This document shows, one piece after another, positions 1 through 14,760 of a stretch of 64,000 nucleotides of DNA. This DNA comes from Lama guanicoe. Its lineage: Eukaryota. Position 1 is the first letter of the stretch. Every line of letters starts with the position of its first letter. The translations under genes and the position numbers were made by a program. The stretch lies in assembly GCA_013239625.1 (NCBI GenBank), contig MU053594.1, positions 2,174,127-2,238,126 of the forward strand. The letters run 5' to 3'. The notes beneath the pieces were generated by a model that did no database searches, was not told the origin of the DNA, and saw only the letters and a list, made by a program, of their open reading frames with translations.

Positions 1-1760
1 GAGTGAATATAAGACAGTATAGGAAAGAAAGAGAAAGGAAAAGAACAAAAAGAAAGAAGAAAGGAAAAGAAAGGAAAGGGAAGACAAGGGAAAAAAGAAA
101 CTTGCCCAAAGCAATGCAACAACTAATATGGTACAGCCAGCACTGTAAACCTCGTTGGCTTCAAAGCCCACACCATTCTATTATAGCATCAGCTAAGAAG
201 ATCCTAATTGAAACAAATAGCTTAAGAATTTAAATAAGCTTAAAAAGCAGCAGAATAAAAAAGAAGTAAGTAAAAGAGGCAAGCTATGAACACATAAAGA
301 AGTTTATACTGTATAGTACAGGGAAATATATACAGGAGAAACTGACACAACAATGTAAACTATGACTCAGTAACGTTAAAAAAAAAGCAGCAAGCTATGA
401 AATACAATTAGGAAATGATTCAACCTAGAACTATTTACTTAGAATACAACTGTAAATAACACATTTTTTAAACTACAGAAATATATATAATTCTTTCTTT
501 TACAATTACTAAAATTAAAGATAATTTTGAGAGGATCAGACTTCTGCTTTCCACCAAGATGGAGTACCAGGGACCAGATTTACCCTCTTGCCCAAAACAA
601 CTCCCTACTTCAACAAATAAACAAAAAACAGACAAAAACATATGAGGCACTGATTTATAAGACATTGAACATCAGGAGAAGAAGGAAGGTGATCTCTGAG
701 AGACAGAGAATAAAGGAAGTGAGACCCATGAATGCCCTCAACTAATGTCTTGAGAGAATGTCTAAGTCACAACATGGGGAGGGGAAACCTGGGCAGAACA
801 CAGCAAAGTCCTTGAGTTGAGGAGACAGAGCTGAGAGTCTTGAAAGAGAACAAGGCAGATAGAGGTCACAAAACAAAGTATCAGAGAAGAGAGAGCTACA
901 CATAGGGAGAACCCCAAGGATCTGTAAGGGGTGCCCACTGAGTATTCAGGAGAGGGTTGATGGGCACGCGTGTGTGAGAAAACTACCCAAGGCCAAAGAA
1001 AGAACCGTCTCAGAGGATTAGAGAGAACAGTGCCGTGTACAAGGAGCAGTGCTGGTTCCTACTGGCCAGGCTAAACCCCCTCCCCGGTAATTCCTGGGGC
1101 ATGGGATAAAGTATTCTGAAGTGGGAAAATCATTGGACTTGAGACTGAGTACTGCTCTAATTATAAAAGGAAGACTCAGATGGAGCAAACTGTTTCCAAG
1201 TAACTTGACTGCATCCCAGAACAAAGCTCAAGACAAGTTATAGGAATACAAAATATGTGGTAACCAGTAAGGTTAAACTGACAACGTCTGGCTTCCAGTC
1301 AAAGACTACCAGGCACGTGAAGAAGCAGGAAAATATAACCAAAAGTGAGGAGAAACATAAACCATTTAAAATTAATCTGATGGATATGCCGGAATTAGAC
1401 ACGGGCATGAAAAGTTATTAAAAGCGTACTCCAAGTGTTCAAAAAGCTAACTGAAGACATGGAAGATTTTTTTTTTTTTTAAAAAGACCCTAGGCAAGTT
1501 TATAAGAGCTGAAAACTACAAAGTCTGAGATGAAAAACACACTAGATGAGATTAATGGCAGATTAGATATTGCAGAAGGAAGAATAGTGAATTTGAAGGC
1601 ATAAAAATAGCAACTATCCAAAATTAAATACAGAAAGAAAGAAGAATTTTTAAAATTGGAAGGAGTGAACAGTGAGACAATCTCAAACAGCCTAACATAT
1701 GTGTAAGTGGAGTCTCTGCAGAAGAGGCCAGCAAAACTGGTTAAAAAAAATATTGTCTGA

Positions 1761-1907
1761 GAGGGAAGGGTTTAGCTCAGGGGTAGAGAGCACGTCTAGC
1801 ATGCAGGAGGTCCTGGGTTCAACTCCTAGTACCTTCATTTAAACTAAACAAATAAACCTAACTACTCCACTCCCCCCCCAAAAAAAATCCCCACAAAAAT
1901 AATTAAT
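1761..1907 (+). mobile_element. tRNA-Ala-derived SINE (vic-1-like)
   Basis: A box tagctcagggtag, B box gggttcaactcc, A-rich tail, TSD aaaaatattg(t/g)ctga. Confidence 0.85.
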
Positions 1908-2799
1908 AAAAATATTGGCTGAAAATTGTCTGACTTTGGTGGAACTACACTCACAGATTTAAGAAGCTCAAAGCTCAATGAACACCAAACAAAAGAATCA
2001 TGAAGAAAACCACACAAAGGCACATCATAATCAAGTTATTAAAACTAGTGATAAACAGATAATCTTTAAAAACAGCCAGAGGAAAAAGGCACATTATACA
2101 CCAAGGAATAGAGGAAACAGATGACAGCAGATTTCTTGTCAGAAATAATGCAAATGAGAAGACAGTGGAGCAATATCTTCAAAGCGTTAAAAGGAAAAAA
2201 GTTAACCTAGAATTATATACCCAGTACAACGTCATTTAAAAATAGACAAAATAAGGAGTTTAGACATAACAAAAGCTGAAAGATTTTTATCACCAACAGA
2301 CCTGTGCTGTAAGAAATGCTAAACAAAGTCCTTCAGGCAGAAGAAAATGGCACCAGATAAAAATGTGCATCTACATAAAGAAATGAAGATGAACACATGC
2401 ATCTACATAGGATCTGGCAATGGCAACGCCACTGGTAAATGTATAAAATTTGTTTAAAAACTGGTATCTTTTTAAAACAAAAGTGATTTTTTAAACAAAA
2501 GTGATGACACTGTATTTTGTGTTTCACAAAATAGGTATGAATAAAATGTGTGGCAAGAAAATAGAGGGCAGGAGGGGTAAAACAGAAGTGCATTACTGTA
2601 AGGTTCTTACCCTACATGCGAAGTGGTGAATATTTTTTGAAGGTAGACTGTCAGTTGAAGACTTGCTCGTGAATGTTCATAGCAATTCATGCGTAACAGC
2701 CAAAAACTGAAACCAACTCCATGTCTATCCACACGTGAATGGATAAGCGAGCTGGTTTATTTACATAATAGGACATTACTTACAACAAAAAGAAATGGT

Positions 2800-3022
2800 A
2801 CATAAAATAGACAAACAATAAGTTTGTACTGTATACTGTATCTCTTATAGTTACCTACAACAAAAAAGAATATGAAAATGAATATATGTATGTATATGTA
2901 TGACTGAAACACTATGCTGTACACCAGAAATTGACACACCACCATAAACTGATTATATTTCAGTAATAAATAAATAAATAAAAAGTAAATAAACACTAAG
3001 ATAGATTGCTTCTTTAAAAAAT
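2800..3022 (+). mobile_element. 5'-truncated younger L1 3' end
   Basis: Same 3' UTR sequence as the other short L1 copies (tgactgaaacactatgctgtacaccagaaattgaca); (aaat)n tail; imperfect TSD aaaagaaatg(g/a)ta. Confidence 0.75.
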
Positions 3023-3335
3023 AAAAGAAATGATATGTTGATACTTGCAGCAAAATGGGTGAACCTTAAAATAATTATGCTGAGAGAAAGAAGTCAGACA
3101 AAGAAAAGGTACACACTACATGAGTACATTTATATAAAACTCCAGAAGACATAACAAATGAAGTGACAGAAAGCAGACCAGTGTTTGTCTGTTGGTAAGG
3201 TGGGGCACAAGAGATTACAAAGGGGCACAAGGACACTCTTGGGAGTGGCGGTGATCTTGACATGTATATGTGTGTGAAACGTATTAAACTGTATACATTA
3301 AATATGTGCAACTGGTTATATGTGAATTATTCTTT

Positions 3336-3868
3336 TTTTTTGAAAGTATACATTTTTCTTTATTTCCATTTTTTTGCTTTGTTTTGCAAATGGAAGCACC
3401 TGATCTAATCTCTGGTTTCAAACAGTAAACTTGACTCTACTGCTCCATCTTACGTGGAAAGCTTTTCTTCATTTAAAAACAAATGTTTTTTAATTGATGT
3501 ATAGTCAGTTTACAATGTTGTGCCAATGTCTGGTGTCCAGTGTAATGTTTCAGTCATACATGAACATACATATATTCATTTTCATACTCTTTTTCATTAT
3601 AGGTTACTACAAGACATTAAATATAGTTCCCTGTGCTCTACAGTAGAAACTTGTTGTTAATCTATTTTATATATAATAGTTAGTATCTGCAAATCTCAAA
3701 CTCTCAATTTCTCTCTTCCCACTCCCTCCACCCTGGCAACCACAAGTTTATTTTCTATGTCTGTGAGTCCATTTCTGTTTTGTAAATAAGCTCATTTATG
3801 CCTCTTTTTTAGATTTCACATACAAGTGATATCATATGGTATTTTTCCTTCTCTTTCTGGCTTACTTC
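3336..3868 (-). mobile_element. 5'-truncated L1 (3486-3868) carrying about 144 bp of 3'-transduced sequence and a second poly(A)
   Basis: Perfect 19-bp TSD tatatgtgaattattcttt at 3317-3335 and 3869-3887; L1 3' UTR; AATAAA at 3364-3359, 17 nt before the distal poly(A). Confidence 0.8.
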
Positions 3869-4592
3869 TATATGTGAATTATTCTTTAATAAAGCTGTTT
3901 AAAAAACAATTTTGGACCTAAATTTAGGTTAAAAAACAAAATATTTCAATTATCTATAGTGTTCTTGTTCCATAGAGTAAAAATAAAACAGAGGAAAGCT
4001 AGAACAATATAATAGTCATAATTTTTTAAGAATTAGAATAGAGCATAGAAGCCAATTAATCAAATACTTTATTATTAGAGATAAAAGAACTGAGTCCCAG
4101 AGAGGCTTGGTGACTTGTGGCAGGTCTTAGAGCCACAGTTAGCTGCTTAGCAGACTGTAAGATCCACAATGGCAGGGACTGTGTTATTTACTTAGGTGAC
4201 CGCTGTACCTCCATATCTAGTACAATGTCTGAGACACAGTAGAAGCTCAGTAAATATTTACTGACTTATCTTTATACTGCAAAGAAAGGTAAAACGAAGA
4301 TAAAAGGAAAGAAAATCTCCTGTGCGATATGACTGAAAATACCTCCCTATCTCTGATTCTCCAATCTTAACACAGATGAGAGAATTAAGCAATAGCTTTA
4401 ATATCATAAATACAAGAGAATAAATACATTCTATATTTTTTAGCTTCCGGGATACTTCATTATATTCTAAGGCTTAAAATTTCTAATTCATGTTCGCAAC
4501 TTTTACCCAAGCAGGAGAATTAATAGGAAACACTCCAATAAAGATGAGTGATACTTTCAAATGAAAAAAAAAATTTAAAGAAATGTGCTTAC

Positions 4593-4656
4593 CAAAAATT
4601 TCTCCATTTTTGGCATATTCTGTCACAAGGTACAACATGTTTTTGGTCTCCATTAC
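4593..4656 (-). CDS. SIK2: SIK2 coding exon 3 (64 nt; VMETKNMLYLVTEYAKNGEIF plus first base of the next codon); gene continues beyond position 1
   Basis: Absent from the ORF track, read manually. Acceptor caatag|GTA and donor TTTG|gtaagc; kinase hinge region; in frame with exon 2. Confidence 0.95.
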
Positions 4657-4839
4657 CTATTGATAAATAATTCCATATTAGTCTGATAGGCAAAGATGGT
4701 AATTTGCCACAACATTCTATGGAGTTACTTAAATTAAAACTACTAATAAAAATATCAAGTTATGAACAATTCAGAAGCTGGCAAAGTTTACAAGACTGAT
4801 GATATTCTCATGCTAACACTTCTGCGAAAAATTTAGACC

Positions 4840-4990
4840 TTTGGTCCTCCACGTGTGGTCCACGAACCAACAGCAACAGCACAGCCGAGACAGTTGTTAA
4901 AAATGCGAAGTCCCAGGCCCCAGAGCCACTCACAAAGAATTAACATTTTAACAAAATCCTCCACCATTACGCAGATTCAAGTTTGAGTCA
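4840..4990. mobile_element. MER5-like hAT DNA transposon remnant
   Basis: Motifs gtgtggtcc...cagca...gttaaaaatgc...cccaggcccca...ttttaacaa...aaagtttgag. Confidence 0.55.
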
Positions 4991-6210
4991 ATACAGGGAA
5001 CGGGAGTTTTTTGTTTGTTTGTTTGTTTTTGTTTTTATTTGTGGTGGGGGACAGTAGTTTTGAAGATCAATTTTTTACCATTTCCTCACTGACTCTCCGA
5101 GCCCTGTGTTATAGGGTAGAATAATAAAAACAGAGCTCAGCTAATCTGGCCTGTAGCCCAGCTCACCCGGCACAATGTGATATTTCTCCCAATGCACTTT
5201 AATGTTGTTACAAAGTACCAGTATTTTAAAACATCGTTCAAAAGCTTCTTCATAACCCCACTGCTACACACGTTTATTTAAATTAGTTTTTCTAGGTTCA
5301 GAAAGGAAGTGTGTCATTGCCACAAAGTTTGATTTTCCAAACTACACTAAACTGAAAGGAAATGAAATAATGGATTCAAAAGGAGTGAATTTTAGATTGC
5401 TTCTCTGTAACATTCTTTATCTTTTTACATACTGGCACATGCTAATAATGTCATATTTAACTGCTACCTCCTGAAAGGCTAAAAACTAATTTTGATCTAG
5501 CATTTTAGGTTTATGACTATACCCTATCGGGCCAGAAAACTAAGAGTTACCTATAATTTGGGTCTAAACAAGTCAAAAGGTAAGTCAATATAACTGATTA
5601 TTTAGTTCAAATAAAGAGAATTATCATGTGAGTCATGATAGTTTTTATTTGTTTGTTTTGTGTTTTAATTGAAGTATAGTTGAAGAATCATGGTAGTTTT
5701 AACCTCAGTTTGGCTTATGGTTCATCAGACTTCTAAGGATGTGATTAGTTTCTCATAAGTATCCACTTTAGGGAAAAATAAAGAGCTTACAGGGAGAAAT
5801 CCTCTGATACAAATTTGACCTAAGAGGCCCACCATAGTTTAAGAAATTGTTTCTAAATTTCCTTAGGAATTGTTTTGAGTGGCACAAAACAGTCGCTTAT
5901 TCTTAGCTAGTGGTAATGCTCTCCAATGGTCTCCACACCTTTTAAATTGTAAGTCTTTACCAACAAAGTTGCTTAGTCAAATGTATACATGAATGTATTT
6001 ATGCATGTATACATAGACACACATATGTATTTATGAATATGTACATGCAGAGGCACAAATTACATACTTATGCTGCTGTATAAATATTATATTAAATATA
6101 TATATTATAAAATGCACAAGAAGATAAATATAAAAGATAAATAGAGTTAGAAGCTCTAATAGTTTCTTATTATGCCCCAAGGGACACTCGTGCTAACCAA
6201 TTTGAGTGCA

Positions 6211-6403
6211 CAGAGTGGTGTGTTAGTGCTAGCTCTCTGAGGGGGAAAAAAAGGCCCTGACTTATAAACCAATTTCTGCGGTGTAAAAATACTCCTACCA
6301 TTGCTTATTTTGAGTTATTAACACGTTAATCGGCTCACAAACCTTCTGAAAATTTAACAATCAGCGCTCACAAGTCAGCCCAGGCTGATCCAGCCCACCA
6401 CTG
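6211..6403. mobile_element. MER63-like hAT element
   Basis: Degenerate terminal inverted repeats agtggtgtgttag ... ccagcccaccactg. Confidence 0.55.
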
Positions 6404-7026
6404 GGCGCACACATCTTACTTTGGAGATCGAAGCCATAGACTTGCATACTGCAACATTTTAAAATAGATTTCCAATATAAAATTTCTAAGTATTAATGGA
6501 TAGAAATATTTTAAAAGGTCATTCGTAAATATAAATGACTCTTTAAAAATATGAAAAAAATCTTCCTTTTAAAAAACATGGCTTATACTTGAAACAGGCG
6601 CAGTTTATTTTACAAAAATTATATCTTAGGTTAATTTTTTTTAAACTAGCTTATTTACTTTATCTGATAAAAAAAACTGAAACAAAACAAAGTTTGGCTC
6701 TAGGTATTATAAGGTATGCCCTTAGGTAATATATTATTTTAGCCTTTGTATTTCATAAAACATAAACAATATATTTTTCTAGTCAGCAAAACTGCAATGT
6801 CCTTATTGTTAATGGTACCACCACCCAAACCCAGCAGGTTCAAGCAGGGTATCATAAACATACAACTGCAAACTTTTAAATTAAATAACTTACAGTCTGA
6901 GAGACAACTTAAAATTAAGCTGCTAGTAGTTTTTGATTGCTTCACTTTTTATTTAAATAAAGAAAACTGGAGGTACTTAGCTTAATAAAAGCACATAATT
7001 ATCTTTTATACAGATTAAAAAAACTA

Positions 7027-7257
<231 letters not shown>

Positions 7258-7932
7258 TTAGTATACAGTGGTTAACATTTTCCAGTTAAGCATCTTTTTA
7301 ATAAATGACATCTAAGACTTCGCCTGTAAGTCACTATGACAACAATGGTAACTAGCTTAACTCCAGTGTGCGTTCTTTCATCATTCAGCAGCTATTTCTT
7401 AACTATCCACCATGAATAAGGCCCCGTGGTAGATTTCGTCTGGGAGAGTCTTTAGTGTGCTATGAAGAATAACCCTGCAAATTTACTTTAATAAAATACA
7501 TTTCTCTTTCAGTACAGCTGTAACGCCTTCTTAGTCCATTTAAAAGCAAATTCCCAGCAGTTTCAACTTGCCATCATCCCACTGCAAATTATCCATAAAC
7601 AAATGGTCGGCCAAGTAGAAGACAATCTCTATTATACTGAAATACAATTTTTCTAGAAAAGAAAGTGACAGGTTCCAAAGAATATAGATATACCTTTCCG
7701 GGGAGGGGGGGAACAACAAAGTATAAAGTATTAAAATCCATCTAAGTGAAAAAAATCCCAATTGGATTAAATTTTGCTTTAAAAATCAAAGTGCAAAGAT
7801 TCAAATGTTAGTAATTATGCTGAATTTTGACTTCCTTAAAGGAACGTGACTGCAAAATATGTGGCCTTTTCTTGTCATAACTGGATAGGAACCCAAACCA
7901 CTCCAAGGTTAATAATTCGAGGGAACTGCATT

Positions 7933-8332
7933 TGTTTTTGTTTTTGCTTTAATTTTGTTTTTTTATTGGCGTGTAGCTGACATACGATGTTAGTTTCAGG
8001 TATACAGCAAAGTGATTCAGTTAATACATATACATACATCCTATATACTATTTTTCACATTCATTTCCATTATATGTTATTACAAGAAACTGAATATGGG
8101 TTACTGTGCTATACAGTAGGTCCTTGTTGTTTACCTATTTTATATATAGTAGTGTGTATCTGCTAATCCCAAACTCCTAATTTATCCCTCCCCTGCCCTT
8201 TCCCCTTTGGTAACCATAGTTTGTTTCCAATGTCTGTGAGTCTATTTTTGGTTCGTAAATAAGATTTGTATCATTTTATCTTAGATTCCACACATGAGTG
8301 ATATATATTTGTCTTTCTCTGTCTGACTTACT
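7933..8332 (-). mobile_element. 5'-truncated L1 3' end
   Basis: TSD gagggaactgcatt at 7919-7932 and 8333-8346; T-rich tail; L1 3' UTR. Confidence 0.85.
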
Positions 8333-9744
8333 GAGGGAACTGCATTGAATGTGGACAAGTAATCAGAAATGAACAATTGCACACTTTTTGCATGCAAAAA
8401 GAACAAATTTTTAAAACTTGGTATTTGGTTAAGAAATAAGCAATTCTAAGTAAAATTTTTTCAGATAATTGGGAACCACCCAAACTTAATTACAATAAGC
8501 TCTGAAGAAACTCTGAAATGTACTCCACATTCTACCCAAAAGTCTTCTTAAAGTAATTCAGTCTTATGTTGTGGTTTCTGGGTAATATATCAATTATTGT
8601 ATGTGCTATAATAGTCCAATATGTCTAAAAAGGTAACCAAGATGATTTCTTAACTCAGGTTGTCAATTCACTTAATTCCCTTAGACTTCTATTTATACAA
8701 TTAGTTTTTTGTTCTTTCCTTACAGCTGCTCTGTCCTCTGCTGTCCTCCCTAAAGTTCTACTGTAAGGTTTATTTCTTACCTTTCTCTATTTCTATTTTG
8801 CTGCCCATAGCTTTTTCCCTAATTTGAACTTAATTATAACCCACAGAAGAACTCAAGCTTCCTGGAGGAAATCAGATTACTAAATATGGTGAATAAAATT
8901 AAATTTATTGCCTAAGAAGAAAGGGGGTAGCTCCTTCTGTAGGCAGTAAAGTGTGTAGATTTTGTGATAACTATTTTTATGATGTTTGGCAGTATTTTAT
9001 TTATTCCCATAATCAAACTATTCTAGAAAGTAAAATGTACTAACCTTGACGGCTAGATAAGTGACTGATCAGTGTTGTACTTGTTACTAGGAACATTCTT
9101 GGACCACCTCAAAACTAAATACATTTAAAAAGACTTCACCTGTCCAATTAAGAGGACAACAGAATATAGTATCGCTTTGGGTAATTTGGGGTAAAAGCTG
9201 TCAGATAAAAGGATAAGTATATATTTTAATTCCCTCAATATTCCTGAGGAAGGTAACATGGAGTTTCACAGACATGCATATTTTGAGGAAAATGTCTTGC
9301 CTTACAATTTCTAGAATGTATCTAGATACCAGTAACCCCTCCCCAAGAAAAAACTTTTACAACCAAATGATCATCTAATACATAGAAAAAGAATTGGAGA
9401 GAAAGGAATCATGGTTTGAAAAAAATCTCATTATGATTACTGTTATAAAGAAAATTTTTTATTATATATATTTGAGCATCATATTTAATGTTAGAAAAAG
9501 TTTAGATACTAAATACAATATAAGCAAGGTATTACCAAGAGAAATATTCTCTTTAACACTATTGAAATCTTGGCCTCAAACAATGAAAAAGTGAAAATAC
9601 ATAAATCATCTAACTAAACTTTAATAAGTTATAAACCTCATTATTAAACTGTTCTCAGCCAAAAAAAATTCTCCAGTGACAAAATAGAATTCCGTCCTCA
9701 CTTTTATCTGGGGCTGCAGACTATATGTTATGTCATCCACAGGC

Positions 9745-10260
9745 CTGTGTATTTATATCTTGACACTGCTGTCCCTTGTTTTAAGGCTGCTATCAGAGGA
9801 TTATGAAAAAGCGGATGCTGTGTCAGCTTGCTGCTTGTGATAGTTAGAGAGAGTCTAACTGCTCTAACACGCAGGCCCCAAAATGTATACTGATTCAAAC
9901 ACAAGAGAAGTTGATCACTCATATAGCAAAACTGGATGGGTGAAGAAGTTAGCAGGTAGCCAGCCCCCTTCTGTACAGGTATATGAGGATACAAGGAGCC
10001 TTCACTAGTTTTAACAGGTAAGCCAAGGTAGTAAAGGGTAAAGGGTAGATAACCCTGAAGTTTGCCTCCTTTCCAGCCAGAGAGAAGGAGAAAAAAGCTC
10101 TTCTTCAAGGTTTTAATTGGCCAGGTCTGGAAGTGGAACACAGTATTTCTGTTTGCTCCATTAGTTAAAACTCAGTTATGTGACCATACCTATATGCAAG
10201 GGAGGCCAAGAAACAGCCAAGCTGTAGGTCCAGGAAGAAGAGGAAAGTGAATTTTTGGTG
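9745..10260. mobile_element. Old MaLR (MLT1-like) LTR remnant
   Basis: Motifs ccattagttaaaactcagttatgtgacc...tgcaagggaggccaagaaa...gaatttttggtga. Confidence 0.45.
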
Positions 10261-13200
10261 ATCAGCTAGGAGTCTTGGCGATACTCTTCCTGGTAATTTC
10301 TTAACAATGGGACTCTTTGCCAAATACTTCCCAGAAATATAATAACGGTGATGATGATGAATTTCACAACTGCACAGCACTTTTTAATTTAACAAGATAC
10401 TTTCACACATTTTATCTCATTCATTTCTCCATTTTTTTTTAAGTACGTGGTACAAGCAGTACACCCATGAGATGATGAAACTGAAGTTCAAAAGATGTCA
10501 CATCATCTACAAAGGTCCTAAAGCTCAAGTGAGTTAGTGGGGAGAAACCACAGGCCTTCTAACTCCAAGTTCCATCTTTTCACTCTTCAAAGAGCCTATT
10601 ACTCACACATTTACTGAGCACCTGTTGTGTGCCCAGAATTATGCCCAGGAAACAAAAATGAACGAGATCTGATTCCTACCTTCAAGGAACTTAGTAGGTC
10701 TGTGAGAAAAATGAGAGCACATTTTGGAAAACAAATTTTATGAACAAAAAATATACATTTGGGTGTTTCCGCAATGGTGTGCAAAATTCCCAACTTACAA
10801 AAGGGTTCATTTTAAAGATAACTATAAACTTAGATTTCTGGGAAATTTCTCTCTGCACCCCTTCTCTACTTAGCTCCAAACATAGTACCAAGGACAAAAT
10901 CTGTATGGTCACAACAAAGTCAAGCAAGGGACTCTAAATTGAAGGATCCTTTCTTTGTTGTAGTTCACCTAAATTATTCAACTCTCTAATTATGTATGCA
11001 GTATCTTTAAAAAAAAACCTTCAATGAATTTATATGGTGATTAAAAAAATTAGCATTACTTCTGCTAGGATACAAAAGGAAGGTTTCTTATACAACTTTG
11101 GAGAGCATACTGATAAACTAAAATAATTACTATCAAACTAAATCCCATGTAAAGTAGCAACACTGAATAGTCAACCTTATAAATAGGAAAATGCACATAT
11201 ACCTAATACAATGTTATCTGTCAATTATATCTCAAAAATACCTTTTTTACTTATTACATTTACAAAGATTAAAAAGTAAACACCCTTGTGGGCTTAAGTT
11301 CAATGAAATGGCCACTTTTATAGATTGCTAGTAGGAATATAAAATAGGTTATAATTTCTCTGAAAGGTTATTTGGCAATCTTTACCAAAAAACTTCAAAA
11401 TCATCCATCTCACTTAGTCTAAGATTTCTACTTCTGAAAAATTATTTGTAGAAAATAATCTGAAATGATGATAAAGATTTATGTGCAAATATACTCCAGT
11501 ATTGTTTATAATATAAAAAGATAAACATAAAGCAATTACATGAATTATGGTAAATCTCTATTATGACTATTATACAGCTATTAAAATAGCTCCTTTTAAT
11601 AATATGGAGAAATAGTTAGGTTAAATATTAAATAAAAATTCAAGGTATCAGTGCAGTCTCAACGAAAGTTATGTATAGAAAAAGTCCTGTAAAAACTAGA
11701 TAGAAACATGACAAAAATGTTATCAGTAGGTGAAAAAATCATGAATTATTTTCCTGATTTATTTTTCTGTGCAATTTTTCTTCTGTGAGCATGAATTACT
11801 TTTCTAGTAAGAAAAAAAAGTGAAGTGGGGAGTTATAAGAAAAAAAAGAAAAGTGGAGTTGTATTTATTATATATGTTAACTTCTCCATCTATGAAATAT
11901 TAGTCATTTTCCTTTTCTTATTTTCTAAATTCTCTATAAAATGGCTATATTTAATAAGGTTTAAATATTAATTATGCAGACTATATACATAGAAGTGTTT
12001 CCAACCATGTTAAAAAATATATGCAAAAATAACAACTATGAAAAAAAAATCCCCACTAAATGAATAAAAAAGCAGCAACTATGTGAAACACAAACCTGCA
12101 AGGAAGACAAGGGATTAAATCTAAGAGGAGAAATGAAATAGTGTTAAACTGATGGATCAAAGGGATTTTTTTTCATTTTTCAAAATGTAAGTTTAATGGT
12201 AACATTATTTTTTGATAATTTTAGAAAAAATGATTTCACTTCTCATAAAAGAAATATTAATCTCATGCACTTAAAGAGACCACACACAAAACTGGCTGTG
12301 GGGGAATTTATAAGGAAGTCACACAATAAGAGCTATTCTTCTAGTAAAATATTAGAAGAGATTAACATAAATTTGCTTTCTCAGGTGGTATTTGCTTTAG
12401 CGCTCTTTACTACTAATACACTATTTCTCTGTGGTCCTTCTGAAGTAGCAAAATCCTGACCATACAGTTAGATCTTTGAAGTTAAAAAATAAACACACTT
12501 TCAAGCTTGTATATCAAAACATAGGTGGAATCAGAACATTCCTGCCTATCATATGATTAAACAGTGATTGTGATTGAGTGAGCTACAACGAAAAGGGTTT
12601 CTGAAAGCAGTAAAAGCCAGTGGTAAAATTGACATGGAGGTCTCCAGTTACCCTTTAAGAATAAATCAATTAGACATTTTTTTCCAATTTAAAATTTGAC
12701 TTTGAAAATGTAAGAATTTATATAATAAAATAAATCCTCATTAAAGTTTAATTTGACTTTTATAATGGTGGGTAAGGGAAAGAGATTGCAGGAAAGGTTA
12801 ATGTCACTGCACTTTAAGATCCACAAAAACTGAACTGAGGTTTCTTAAGACCTTATAAGAATTGATTAAAAATAAACCCTATCTTAAAAATTACTTAAAC
12901 AAATCAGCAAAAAAGACAACTCAGTTTTAAAAAATGGGCCAAAGGACAAAAAGCAATTCACAAAAGAAATATAAAGTCATAAAACTGCATGATCAAAGTA
13001 AATCAAAGAAATGCAAATGCAAATTCAAATATTGTTTCCCCCTACCAAACTAGGAAAGATTGAAAAAAAATTCCTGCTAACTATGCATTTTCCGGATGAA
13101 AATTATTACCCTTCTGGAGGGTAATCTGGTATCTCATGCCATCAGATACGGATGTAAAGACATACTCCTTGAGCCAAGAATTCCACTGCTATGGGATAAT

Positions 13201-14760
13201 CCTGAGGAAACAATCAGATAGATGCACAAAGAGGTATATACAGCAATGCTCTCTGAAACAGTATTTTAGAAAGAGAACTCACAAGAGAGAGAAATAATCT
13301 TAATGTTCAATAATAGGAAACTGATGAAATAAAATACAGATGGTGATACACAAGGATACTATTTAACCATGCTTTCGATGTATTTTTTTAAAGCTTGGGA
13401 AAATGTTAGCAACACATTAATTAAAAAACACAGATCATATGTATAAATAACATCAATTTTATTGCATACATATAAAATAGCTAATAGAATATGAGCCAAA
13501 TATTAACAGTGGTTGTCTCCTGGTCTGGATGATGGAATTAAAATAAGCATGTTTATTTTATTTTCTTCTTCAAACTTTTCAACAATGTCTACAATGAAAA
13601 CGCCTTCCTTTTGTAACTGGAGGAAAAACACACAAATATTTATTTTAAAGTGCTTAAAAAACTAATTTTAGCGTCAATTTTCAGTTTAATTCCTTCAAGA
13701 TTTATCTTTTAACCTGTTTATTAAAAAAAATTTAATGAAAAGTTTCTGATGAAATTCCCAAATGTAACTATCATTCTTCTAATAATCACAAACTGGATAT
13801 ATGGGCTGTTTCTCTTTGAAAGGTGGGGAAGCATTCTCTACAAATGTTCTGCATAAAGGAACTTTTACATAAATAACTTACTTCAAATGGAGATGGAAGG
13901 TGGAAGAGGTACGAGGTACACTAGAGAGGAAAGAAAACTATCTTAATGAATTTCTGGAATCCATTTGGCCACAAGGAAATGAATCTGCCATCAGCAGTGG
14001 ACCATAAATCAAATATCATCATGTGAATCCAGGAATCAAGGCCAGTTTCAGTTATTTCCAAATAAGTGTTTTCTTAATTGCCTGATGACTGAGACAGAAT
14101 TTCCCAGTGGAATCAAAAGCAGAATGCATTAACTGTTAAGCATTTACACAGAATATAAAAATTTATACAATTCTTATTTTGCATGTTTGTCCCCCTCCAA
14201 ACCCTCAAAGAGCAGATCATTTTGAACAATATTTAGCAGAATAATCTGCCAAATATTACTTATCTGAGGTGCTAATAAACTAGAGAACAATTCCTAATAA
14301 AGCATATATGTTCCATGACAAATATAATTTTTATTTCAACACACAATTAAAGATCATACATAGGCCTAGATACAAATATTAGTGATCAAGTTAAATGGTA
14401 ACAATTCCTACTGGTGCACCCAGTACAGCTGCTTCTTCACCTCTGGGATATTTCACAGGACAAGGTTAATATGAAGACTACTGAGTGTAGCCTTAAAATT
14501 TTAAAGCAAAATGTAAAATTCAAACATATTAAAAAATTAAGTTCTCTTCTTCAAGAAACACTGTAATCAGGGTGTAATATGCCCTTCTCTTGCTTCTACC
14601 CTTGCCTTAAAAATGAAATTCTAAGTATACGGAAAATTTTAAAAGTACTTACAATTTTAAGGTGGTAGTTAGTTTACAAATTATGCCTAAATATAAAAGT
14701 CCCAAAATGCACACAGAAAGCTCTTCAGTGAACAAAAGCAGTTTCAGAATGCCCCTCACT

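Larger units (their letters stand above)
520..3905 (+). mobile_element. Old degenerate L1 (5' UTR and ORF1 remnants plus 3' end), interrupted by younger insertions
   Basis: ORF1-like A-rich sequence at 1500-2350 (aacctagaattatatacccag, cctgtgctgtaagaaatgct); L1 3'-end motifs at 2660-2800 and 3040-3335; terminal aataaagctgtttaaaaaa. Confidence 0.75.

Noticed and set aside
3..233. Lys/Arg-rich 76-aa ORF
   Set aside because: It is the translation of a low-complexity polypurine tract
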